Shown piece after piece: positions 40,537 through 48,651 of a stretch of DNA of 64,000 bases (position 1 is its first letter; the number at the start of each line of letters is the position of its first letter). The position numbers and the translations under genes were made by a program. The DNA is taken from positions 16,978 through 80,977 of the forward strand of contig JAZQYU010000057.1 in the NCBI GenBank assembly GCA_045633685.1, in the 5' to 3' direction. The DNA is from Acutalibacteraceae bacterium (GTDB taxonomy: Bacteria; Bacillota; Clostridia; Oscillospirales; Acutalibacteraceae). The notes under the pieces are model-generated. The model saw nothing but the letters and a program-made list of their open reading frames with translations. It did no database searches and was not told where the DNA came from.

Positions 40537-40983
40537 TTGAGCGAAAGAGTTAAAAAAGCAGAAGCCCTTTTCCGCGAAGGCTACAACTGCGCTCAGGCTG
40601 TTTTTGCTGCCTATGCGGATGTTTTCGGTATGGATACCGAAACTGCGCTTAAGGTTTCGGCAGGTCTCGGCGGAGGTTGCGGACGTCAACGAGAGCTTTG
40701 CGGTGCCGTTTCGGGCGCAGCAATGGTTATCGGGCTTAAATACGGAGCAACCGACGGTGCGGATGCCGACGGCAAAATGCTCTGCTACGAAAAGGTGCGC
40801 GAGCACTCTGAGGAGTTTAAAAAGGTTAACCCCTCAATCGTTTGCCGTGAGCTGTTGGAACTTGGAGACAAAAAGGAACCGGCACGACCCGACGAAAGAA
40901 ACGAACAATATTATCAGAAGCGCCCCTGCGTGCAGATTGTTATCGACAGCGCAGAGGCACTTGAAAAAGTTATTTTTGAATAG
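40537..40983 (+). CDS. C_GCAxxG_C_C family redox-active protein
   Basis: The signature is FREGYNCAQAVFAAYAD, with a later GLGGGCG..LCGAVSGA. I prefer the TTG at 40537 (AAGGAAG RBS) over the track start at 40519. Confidence 0.8.
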   Translation: MSERVKKAEALFREGYNCAQAVFAAYADVFGMDTETALKVSAGLGGGCGRQRELCGAVSGAAMVIGLKYGATDGADADGKMLCYEKVREHSEEFKKVNPSIVCRELLELGDKKEPARPDERNEQYYQKRPCVQIVIDSAEALEKVIFE

Positions 40984-40994
40984 GAGATGTTTTT

Positions 40995-41816
40995 ATGGGA
41001 TGCAGCGGTAACTGCTCAAGCTGTTCATCAAGCTGTAACAAAGATGAAAAGGATATGCACATTCCGTGCAATGAATACAGCAATGTTAAAAAGGTTATCG
41101 GTATCGTCAGCGGTAAGGGCGGCGTTGGCAAGTCACTTGTGACTTCAATGCTTGCAACCGCAATGCAGGTTAAGGGTAACGCCTGCGCTGTTATGGATGC
41201 CGACGTTACAGGCCCCTCAATTCCCCGCGCTTTTGGTGTTAAGGGTCCTGCAATGCAGAATGAAATGGGTCTTATCCCTGCCAAATCAAAAACAGGCATC
41301 GAGGTTATGTCCATCAACCTTCTTCTTGAAAGTGAGGATGCTCCTGTTATCTGGAGAGGCCCCGTTATTTCGGGCATTATTCAGCAGTTCTGGACAGAGG
41401 TTTTCTGGGGCGATGTTGATTATATGTTCATCGATATGCCTCCCGGAACAGGTGATGTTCCCCTCACTGTTTTTCAGCAGATTCCCGTTGACGGAATTGT
41501 TATTGTAACTACTCCTCAGGATCTTGTTACAATGATTGTTAAAAAGGCTGTCAATATGGCTCAGATGATGAATGTGCCCATTCTCGGCATTGTTGAAAAT
41601 ATGAGCTATATCGAATGCCCCGACTGCGGAAAGAAGCTTTCTGTTTTTGGTGAAAGCAAGCTTGACGAGGTTTCAAAGGAATGGGAAATCCCCGTGCTCG
41701 CAAGGCTTCCTATCAGAAGCAGAAATGCCGAGCTCATTGACAAGGGTGCAGTTGAGCTGGCAGAGTTTGAAGAAATCAATCAGGCAGCAGATAAAATTGC
41801 AGAAATGCTTAAATAA
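40995..41816 (+). CDS. Mrp/NBP35 (ApbC) family iron-sulfur cluster carrier ATPase with a Cys-rich N-terminus
   Basis: The deviant Walker A is SGKGGVGKS, and a CPDCG motif is present. The N-terminus is MGCSGNCSSCSSSC. Confidence 0.85.
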   Translation: MGCSGNCSSCSSSCNKDEKDMHIPCNEYSNVKKVIGIVSGKGGVGKSLVTSMLATAMQVKGNACAVMDADVTGPSIPRAFGVKGPAMQNEMGLIPAKSKTGIEVMSINLLLESEDAPVIWRGPVISGIIQQFWTEVFWGDVDYMFIDMPPGTGDVPLTVFQQIPVDGIVIVTTPQDLVTMIVKKAVNMAQMMNVPILGIVENMSYIECPDCGKKLSVFGESKLDEVSKEWEIPVLARLPIRSRNAELIDKGAVELAEFEEINQAADKIAEMLK

Positions 41817-41876
41817 AGCAACACACGGGTCGGAAATTCCGACCCGTGATTTTTTCTGAACAAAGCAGGTTGTATT

Positions 41877-42470
41877 TTATCTTGCATTCAGATATGTATA
41901 CTCGTATTCACCTTCATAAAGTTCAATATAATAAGCATTCAAGTTAATCGTACCGTTCCAGATGCTGCTAACGGTTCCTTTAACTAATACCGTGCTGCCT
42001 TCTTTCACATTTTCATAAAAATAATCTTCGTTCTTTAACTGACCAAGATTACACTCAACCGCAGGGCCGCCATAACTGTGTGAAGCACCAACAACAACCA
42101 GATTACCGTCAACACAAATTTTCATCTCAGATGAATCAATTGTATCAACTATTCCGATAAAGCTGTATGCTTCTCCGCCATACTTTTCGTTTGCGGCAGC
42201 TTCGTTTGATCTGTGGTCTGCAAGCATAACTGCTGCGTTTCCTGCCTCATAATCCATACTGCTTATTTTTATTGAGTTAACAACAGACTTGCCTGCGAAA
42301 AAGATTACAATTGCAAGCACAATTGCACCAAAAGCAATGAGCTTTTTCTTACTTTTGGCTTTGTTTTTTCCTCCACAGGATGGGCATTTTTTGGCAGATT
42401 TTGCCATCTGCGCTCCACAATGTTTGCAGGTTATCAGATTGGTGTTTTTTACTTCAGTTGAGTTTTCCAT
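41877..42470 (-). CDS. Zinc-ribbon / single-TM protein with an extracytoplasmic domain
   Basis: CKHCGAQMAKSAKKCPSCGG, then a K-rich stretch, then the TM helix LIAFGAIVLAIVIFF, then a domain of about 130 aa (OB-like by guess only). Confidence 0.5.
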   Translation of the reverse strand: MENSTEVKNTNLITCKHCGAQMAKSAKKCPSCGGKNKAKSKKKLIAFGAIVLAIVIFFAGKSVVNSIKISSMDYEAGNAAVMLADHRSNEAAANEKYGGEAYSFIGIVDTIDSSEMKICVDGNLVVVGASHSYGGPAVECNLGQLKNEDYFYENVKEGSTVLVKGTVSSIWNGTINLNAYYIELYEGEYEYTYLNAR

Positions 42471-42580
42471 ATTCTTACCTCCATTTATTTGGTAAATGCA
42501 TTATAGCCCGAATATGGGCAATTGTCAAGTATAAGGCAATCACCTATCCTATAAAACAAGTAGGATAACTTGGAGGATTT

Positions 42581-42784
42581 GTGATGATTGTTTATGACAA
42601 GTTATGGGAGACGCTGAAAGAAAAGAACATTTCACAATACAAACTGATAAAGGAATATAAAATCAGCACAGGTCAGCTTGACCGACTGAGAAAGAATGAC
42701 AACGTGAGTTCTTTCACCCTCGACAGGCTATGCAAAATTCTGGACTGCCGCCTTGAAGATATTGCAGAATACAAAAAAGACTGA
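42581..42784 (+). CDS. Small XRE/Cro-type helix-turn-helix protein
   Basis: 67 aa. ISQYKLIKEYKISTGQLDRLRKNDNVSSFTLDRLCKILDCRLEDI is a classic HTH_26-type pattern. The terminator hairpin TCCGAAACCG..CGGTTTCGGA follows. Confidence 0.75.
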   Translation: MMIVYDKLWETLKEKNISQYKLIKEYKISTGQLDRLRKNDNVSSFTLDRLCKILDCRLEDIAEYKKD

Positions 42785-42844
42785 TACAAACAATAATCCG
42801 AAACCGTATCTTTTGGCAACGGTTTCGGATTTCTTTTCTTTGTA

Positions 42845-42916
42845 ACCCGAGGGGTGCTTTCTTTACCCCCTCTTTCACTATGTAACAGCTCCCCCTATAA
42901 GCAATAGGGGGGAGCC
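42845..42916 (-). repeat. Solo arm related to the DUF559-element inverted repeats
   Basis: The minus strand reads GGCTCCCCCCTATtgctTATAGGGGGAGCTGT..GAGGGGG. Compare the left arm at 53053-53101: GGCTCCCTTgtgtaAAGGGAGCTGT..GAGGGATTGT. It begins 14 nt after the stop codon of 42930..43994. Confidence 0.4.
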
Positions 42917-42929
42917 AAAAGCTGCAAAA

Positions 42930-43994
42930 TTAAAGTGTAACCTCTCTGTTTTCATCAGATGAACGATAAATGCCATCCATAATCTTTGAGGTGAGGATTG
43001 CGTTGTCGATTGAAGCCTGATTGGGCTTGTGGTTAAGGCAGGCATCAACAAAGCTGTCAATTTCGTTGGCGTAGTGATTCCTCATGGGGAAATCGTGCTT
43101 CTCTTCAACCAACGCACCGTCTCTTGCGGTGAAATACTGAAAATATTCGCCGTATTCAAGGCGGATGCCGCCCTTGTCACCCATAAAGTCGATGTATGTT
43201 TCGTCAATGCCGATGTTCTGCGCCCATGCACCTGTGAATGAAATTACGGGGCCGTCTGTGCGCACAATACCTGTTACAGAGTCATCAACATCATAAACAC
43301 CGTTTTCAATATCTGCGCTGTCACTTGCCCACATCTTTTTGTAGGTGTAGTTTTTCATATCCTTACCAAGCTTGCAGAAAGCCTGACCGCTTGCTGTGAG
43401 GGGTGTGGGGTCACCGCAGCAATACATAATAAGGTCAATATAATGCACGCCCCAGTCGATCAATGCACCGCCGCCTGAGCAAGCTTTTTTGGTGAAATCA
43501 CCGCCAAGGCCTGGAATTGAACGGTGAGCGCGGAATGAAGCATAAACGTGATAAATATCACCAAGTGCGCCGTCTTCAATAAGCTTTTTGACGCGATTAA
43601 CAGAATCGTTGAAGCGGTTAACAACGCCGATTGAAAGAATTTTGTCGCACTCGTGAGCAACCTTCTGCATTTCAAGGGCTTCGGGAAGAATTCTTGCGGC
43701 GGGCTTTTCGCAAAGAACATCCTTACCCGCTCTCATAAAGTCAATAGAAATTATTGAATGGAAATCATTGTGTGTGCAGACAGAAACTGCATCAATATCA
43801 TCGTTATTTACAATTTCCTTGTAGTCATACACAGCCTTGCCGCAACCGTATTTTTCAACGGCGGCATCCGCTCTTTCGGGGATAATGTCGCAGAAATATT
43901 TCACTTCAACCTTCTCGTTTTTGAGATAGTTGGGGATGTGTGAGCCGTTGGCAATGCTTCCGCAACCGATAATAGCTACTCTTAATTTTTTCAT
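42930..43994 (-). CDS. Gfo/Idh/MocA family oxidoreductase
   Basis: MKKLRVAIIGCGSIANGSH and DVLCEKPAA. Confidence 0.8.
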   Translation of the reverse strand: MKKLRVAIIGCGSIANGSHIPNYLKNEKVEVKYFCDIIPERADAAVEKYGCGKAVYDYKEIVNNDDIDAVSVCTHNDFHSIISIDFMRAGKDVLCEKPAARILPEALEMQKVAHECDKILSIGVVNRFNDSVNRVKKLIEDGALGDIYHVYASFRAHRSIPGLGGDFTKKACSGGGALIDWGVHYIDLIMYCCGDPTPLTASGQAFCKLGKDMKNYTYKKMWASDSADIENGVYDVDDSVTGIVRTDGPVISFTGAWAQNIGIDETYIDFMGDKGGIRLEYGEYFQYFTARDGALVEEKHDFPMRNHYANEIDSFVDACLNHKPNQASIDNAILTSKIMDGIYRSSDENREVTL

Positions 43995-44641
43995 TTCAAG
44001 ATACCTCCTGAATATTCTTTAACCCTTTTAAGGATTTTGATAACACTTGAAACTGACACACCTGTCACAAGCACTCCTGCGGCGGTCATCAGCCCTGCAT
44101 ACAAAAGGCTGATTTTGTTGCCGAAAAAGTTCACAGGGTTTCCGCCATATGCAAAAATCAAACAATAAACACCCAGCAGGAACAATCCGATTCCTACCGT
44201 TCCCACAGGAAAAAGTGCTTCTCTGAGCTGCTTTGATTTGTATTCTTTTTTGATTTTTTCGTCAGAGAAAATCTCCTTATACTGAACTTCCTTTCCCCCG
44301 GCAACCTCTGCCTTGTAGCCCACAAAAAATGCATCCTCATGCAGGGTGTCAAACACTTTTGCTGTTGGGGTAAGGGTTACAACCGTCTTTGACGAAATAG
44401 GCTCAAACTCAAACTCACCTCTGAGCTGTACGTGGCTGGCAGGGGCAGCATCCTCCTCATAAATGGGGAGCTTTTTCTTTGCCGGCTTTGTCATTTCGGG
44501 AATTCTTTTTCTTCTGACGCAAAGAGTGAATCTGCCCTCCCCTTCAAAAACAGCATCCTCGCCGTCGGGGAGTTCAACCTCATTGCCGAAAACCGTGATA
44601 ATCACATCATCATTTGTTCTGTTTTCTATTTTGATTGCCAT
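43991..44641 (-). CDS. Hypothetical protein with two C-terminal TM helices
   Basis: The ATG at 44641 (MAIKIENR) is preferred, but the start is uncertain. There is no motif I recognise. Its stop overlaps the start of the oxidoreductase gene by 4 nt. Confidence 0.45.
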   Translation of the reverse strand: MAIKIENRTNDDVIITVFGNEVELPDGEDAVFEGEGRFTLCVRRKRIPEMTKPAKKKLPIYEEDAAPASHVQLRGEFEFEPISSKTVVTLTPTAKVFDTLHEDAFFVGYKAEVAGGKEVQYKEIFSDEKIKKEYKSKQLREALFPVGTVGIGLFLLGVYCLIFAYGGNPVNFFGNKISLLYAGLMTAAGVLVTGVSVSSVIKILKRVKEYSGGILK

Positions 44642-44734
44642 AGTGCACCTGCTTTCTGAATGCAATTATACACAATTATTTTGCTAAAATCAAGAAAAAT
44701 GCGACCCGTTTCCGAGCCGCATTCAAAAATTTAA

Positions 44735-45175
44735 TTATTCAACTGTAACTGTGCCGTCTTCGTCAATTGTGATTTTCATTCCGTCCTTAACATAGTTGAG
44801 GAATTCATCACCAAGACAGTCGATAACGGGCATGGGGTTATCTGTCCAAACAGCACCGATAACTGCACCTGCAGCTGCAAGTGAGTCGATATGCTCTGAG
44901 AAAAGCATACAAGCGGGGTTTCTTTCCATAACCTTTGCGCAGTAAAGAACCATACCGCCGGTGGTTGAGCCGATTGTCTGAGGAAGACAAAGAGCTGTGC
45001 CTACCATGGGCTTGCCGTAAAGGTCGGGGTTGTTCTGGTCGCCGCATTTTGCCTGCTTGTCACCAAACTGGAGAGCATTCTGGAAAGAAGCAAGTGTGTT
45101 GAAACCGCCGTGAGAAACGAGAGCATCAGCTGTGCATTTGCCTGCTACAACAGGTCTACCTTTAAACTGTTTCAT
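44735..45175 (-). CDS. Aconitase X small subunit (swivel domain, DUF126)
   Basis: The start is taken at MKQFKGRPVVAGK (AAGGAGG RBS). GGFNTLASF..LYGKPMVGTALCLPQTIGSTTGGMV is the typical DUF126 pattern. Confidence 0.8.
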   Translation of the reverse strand: MKQFKGRPVVAGKCTADALVSHGGFNTLASFQNALQFGDKQAKCGDQNNPDLYGKPMVGTALCLPQTIGSTTGGMVLYCAKVMERNPACMLFSEHIDSLAAAGAVIGAVWTDNPMPVIDCLGDEFLNYVKDGMKITIDEDGTVTVE

Positions 45176-45176
45176 C

Positions 45177-46463
45177 TTACTTTGCCTCCTTTGTGATGAT
45201 ATCAAGAATCTCAGCGCTTGTGTAATAGCGAGATGTTGTGTATGTTCTGAGCTTGTTTGAGTTAGTGATTACGGGCATCTTCTTGGCAAGAGGGTTGTTC
45301 ATATACATAAGAGGACAGATATGGCTGAGAACAACGCCTGTTTCCTGAAGCTTTTTAGCGTAAGGAGTTTTGTTAAATTCTTCAACAACTGCGGGAGCTG
45401 CTGTGAAAACTGTGGGGATAGAAACCTTCTTGAGACCGCTCTTTTTGAGGCCTGCAACAACGTTGTCTGTCCATTCAACAAGCTGAGCGTGTGAAAGGTG
45501 AGGGCAACCTACGAAGCAAAGCTTGGGTGTTGCGTTCTTATCCTTCCACATAACGGGATAGCTTGCCTTAACTCTTTCGAGTTCTGCGTCATCAATAACA
45601 TAAACCTGAGCATTGTCAACAACAAGGCTTTCACCCTGTTCAACTGCTTCGGGAGTGAGGTTTTCAATGTGATAAAGACCAACCGCACCGTTTGAAGCTG
45701 TGGCAGCACCGAAGTCCTTGAGGTATGCCTTTGTGTCGCCGTCAAGAGTTGTGCCGATCCACTTATCAAGGCCCTTAACAAAAGGAACATCTTCCATAAC
45801 CTTCATACCGATAGCTGAGCCGAGAACCTGAGCTTCGGGCTTTTTGGTTGTTTTAACTTCAACAATCCATGTAGCCTTTCTTCCCTCATCGGTAACAAGA
45901 CCAAAATAAGGAACCTTGCCAACGATTGAGCCGAAGAGCTCAATGATACCTGAGTTGCGGTTACATCTTGCGCCGAGAACGGAGTTAGCGTAAACAACAG
46001 CTGAAGATTCAGCCCAAGAAAGAACGTCGCCCTTGTTGGGGATGTTGCCTACCTCGTCCATATAGCAGGTGCAGGTGTATGATTTGTCATCAACAAGGCC
46101 GAGCTTACGAAGCTGAGCATCATAGTTATCCTGCATAGAATACATAAACTTGTTGAAAACAATGTTTTTAAGAAAGCTTGAGGGAACCTTGGGGTCAACG
46201 GGTCTGGGGTCAACAGAGAACTTCTGTGCTGAAAGAGCGTTGCCCTCAATAAGCTTATCCATAAGATCATAAACAGGGCTCATAACCTTAAGACCAAAGC
46301 TTGTAACAAGGTGACCCATTTCGCTTGTTACGGGAACCATTTTGGTTGCACCGAAAGCATCACCGTACATAACAAGGGTTTTCATAACCTTTGCCATTGC
46401 TTCACCCTTGGAGCCATTGAGAACATCAATTTCGTCCTGAGTGAGCTGCATATTGTAGTTCAT
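45177..46463 (-). CDS. Aconitase X catalytic (large) subunit, DUF521
   Basis: LTQDEIDVLNGSKGEAMAKVM, CTCY, WAESSAVVYANSVLGARCNRNSG, GCPH and ICP, which are candidate cluster ligands. Confidence 0.85.
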   Translation of the reverse strand: MNYNMQLTQDEIDVLNGSKGEAMAKVMKTLVMYGDAFGATKMVPVTSEMGHLVTSFGLKVMSPVYDLMDKLIEGNALSAQKFSVDPRPVDPKVPSSFLKNIVFNKFMYSMQDNYDAQLRKLGLVDDKSYTCTCYMDEVGNIPNKGDVLSWAESSAVVYANSVLGARCNRNSGIIELFGSIVGKVPYFGLVTDEGRKATWIVEVKTTKKPEAQVLGSAIGMKVMEDVPFVKGLDKWIGTTLDGDTKAYLKDFGAATASNGAVGLYHIENLTPEAVEQGESLVVDNAQVYVIDDAELERVKASYPVMWKDKNATPKLCFVGCPHLSHAQLVEWTDNVVAGLKKSGLKKVSIPTVFTAAPAVVEEFNKTPYAKKLQETGVVLSHICPLMYMNNPLAKKMPVITNSNKLRTYTTSRYYTSAEILDIITKEAK

Positions 46464-46606
46464 AGTATTACCTCCTATGTTTTAACACCCGATTACACGG
46501 ATATTTTCTGTCACAGACAATTATACACTTTTAAAAAATGATAATCAATAGTTTTTGTTAATTTTTTGTCGAAGAATGAACTCCTGCAATTTATATCAAC
46601 CTGAAC

Positions 46607-46678
46607 TCGTAGGAGCTGCCGTTGGCAGTCCGTTTTAATTGCTTTAATTTGGCAGACGCCCGATGGGCGCCCCTACGA
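46607..46678. repeat. 72-bp MITE-like element of a second family (TCGTAGGRGC arms)
   Basis: The left arm is TCGTAGGAGC TGCCgttGGCA GTC (from 46607). The right arm (reverse complement ending at 46678) is TCGTAGGGGC GCCCatcGGGC GTC. The 4-bp hairpin stems differ between the arms but both still pair. Confidence 0.5.
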
Positions 46679-46683
46679 TGCTG

Positions 46684-46716
46684 ACAATAACAAAAGCTGC
46701 CCCGAAGGACAGCTTT
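46684..46716 (-). terminator. Rho-independent terminator after rhaB
   Basis: On the minus strand, AAAGCTGTCC ttcg GGGCAGCTTT is followed by TGTTATT. Confidence 0.5.
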
Positions 46717-46733
46717 ATCTGTTTAATCCTGTT

Positions 46734-48200
46734 TTAATATTTCGCGATTTCAACAAATCTCGGATATGCATTTTTCCATTCGTCGGCATTTTCGGGATTG
46801 TAAATCTTGAGCGTTTCGCTGTCGGCAACAGCCTGTCGTGCGTGAGCAACATCTTTGATTGTGCCGTCTGACATAAACTGAACAACCACATTACCCATAA
46901 CTGTTGCTTCAATGGGACCTGCCTTAACAGTTCTGTCGCAGGAATTTGCGGTCATCTGGCACAAAAGACCGTCCTTTGTTCCGCCGCCGATTACGTGGAT
47001 TACGGGATAATCCTTGTTTGTGCAGTCGCAAAGCTTTTCAAAGGTGAGGCGGTATTTCATTGCAAGACTTTCGTAGATGCAACGCATAATTTCGCCAACA
47101 CTCTGTGGAACATACTGACCTGTTTTTCTGCAGAATTCCTGAACTCTGCCGGGAATATTTCCCTGAGGGGTAAATTCAGGTGCATCGGGGTCGATGAAGC
47201 ATTTGAAGGGCTCCTCTTTAAGGGCAAGCTTTTCAAGGTCGGCATAAGAATAATCCTGACCCTCACGCTGCCACTGACGGCGGCTTTCCTGAATAAGCCA
47301 CAAACCGATAATATTTTTGAGAAGACCGATTGTGCCGTCAATTCCGCCCTCGTTGGTGATGTTGATTTCAAGTGAGGTTTCGTTGACGATAGGCTCCTTG
47401 AGCTCTGTGCCGAAAAGTGACCAAGTGCCGGAAGAAAGGAATGCAAAATCACCCTCGGGGCAAGGCACGGCTGTGATTGCCGACTGTGTATCGTGACCAC
47501 AGACGGAAATTACGGGCACCTTATCAACGCCAAGCTCTTCGCAGATTTCATCGGTCAGCTCACCGAGAACTGTGCCCGGCTGAACAAGAGGCGCAAAAAG
47601 ACTTTCGGGAATATCAAAAGCTTCAAGAAGCTCCTTTGACCAGGTGCGGCTTTCGATGTCGATAATCTGGGAGGTGGATGCGATTGAATATTCGGCACAC
47701 TTGTTGCCTGTTAAAAAATATGCAAGCAAATCGGGCATAAAGAGCATTTTGTCAGCTCTTTCAAGAAGCTCAGGTCTCTGACGGCGCAAAGAAATGAGCT
47801 GAAAGAGTGTGTTGAGCTCCATAAACTGAATGCCTGTGATGTTATAAAGCTTTTCTTTGGGAACTGTTTTGAAGGCCTCGTCAACAAGGCCTGCAGTTCT
47901 GGGGTCGCGGTAATGAACGGGGTTTTCAAGAAGACGACCCTCTTTGTCAATCAGGCCAAAATCAACACCCCAGGTGTCGATGCCGATCGCATCAAAACCG
48001 CCTGCGATTTTAGCTTTTACAATACCCTGCTTGATTTCGTGAAGAAGACGGAGCACATCCCAATAAAGGGTGCCGTTCACTTTAACAGGGTCGTTTGAAA
48101 AACGGTGAACCTCCTGCAAAGAGATTTTTCCGTTTTCAAAAGAACCGATAATGGCTCTGCCGCTGGAAGCGCCAAAGTCAAAAGCAAGAACTTTTTTCAT
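46734..48200 (-). CDS. rhaB: Rhamnulokinase
   Basis: MKKVLAFDFGASSGRAIIGSFENGKISLQEVHRFSN is a RhaB-type FGGY N-terminus. The length is 488 aa. Confidence 0.88.
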   Translation of the reverse strand: MKKVLAFDFGASSGRAIIGSFENGKISLQEVHRFSNDPVKVNGTLYWDVLRLLHEIKQGIVKAKIAGGFDAIGIDTWGVDFGLIDKEGRLLENPVHYRDPRTAGLVDEAFKTVPKEKLYNITGIQFMELNTLFQLISLRRQRPELLERADKMLFMPDLLAYFLTGNKCAEYSIASTSQIIDIESRTWSKELLEAFDIPESLFAPLVQPGTVLGELTDEICEELGVDKVPVISVCGHDTQSAITAVPCPEGDFAFLSSGTWSLFGTELKEPIVNETSLEINITNEGGIDGTIGLLKNIIGLWLIQESRRQWQREGQDYSYADLEKLALKEEPFKCFIDPDAPEFTPQGNIPGRVQEFCRKTGQYVPQSVGEIMRCIYESLAMKYRLTFEKLCDCTNKDYPVIHVIGGGTKDGLLCQMTANSCDRTVKAGPIEATVMGNVVVQFMSDGTIKDVAHARQAVADSETLKIYNPENADEWKNAYPRFVEIAKY

Positions 48201-48209
48201 AATCTCACC

Positions 48210-48635
48210 TTATTCGATAACTACGCCTTTCTGGAGAATGACGTTAGCATAAATTGCTGTTTCACCTGTGGCAATGATTGCATAGGCAGTTTTTGCTCTT
48301 GTATAAAAAGCAAAGCGTTCAACAAGCTCGATTTCTTTTTCGCCCTCGTTCTTTTTGATGATATCTTCATACTCTGCCCAGATGGGAGGACGGTTGGCTT
48401 CGTCACCGTTGTCCATAAGTGCAACGGGCTTATCAACATAAGTATCAAGAGGCATAAGCTTGAGAATTGCATCAAGCACTTCGGGCACACCGTGACCGTC
48501 AAGACGAACAAGACGCTGAGCGTTTGAAGCGGCGGGGAAGTTACCGTCACCGATAACGATTCTGTCGCCGTGACCCATTTCCATAAGAATTTTCAGAAGC
48601 TCGGGTGAGAGAATTGAAGGTACATTTTTAAGCAT
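48210..48635 (-). CDS. fucU: L-fucose mutarotase (RbsD/FucU family)
   Basis: LSPELLKILMEMGHGDRIVIGDGNFPA. The length is 141 aa. Confidence 0.85.
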   Translation of the reverse strand: MLKNVPSILSPELLKILMEMGHGDRIVIGDGNFPAASNAQRLVRLDGHGVPEVLDAILKLMPLDTYVDKPVALMDNGDEANRPPIWAEYEDIIKKNEGEKEIELVERFAFYTRAKTAYAIIATGETAIYANVILQKGVVIE

Positions 48636-48651
48636 AGTTTATTATCCTTTC

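Noticed and set aside
41877-42784. Zinc-ribbon membrane protein plus a divergent 67-aa HTH, considered as a toxin-antitoxin or sensor pair
   Set aside because: The genes are divergent and separated by 110 nt. Neither has toxin-like motifs, and small XRE proteins are common orphans. The evidence is insufficient.
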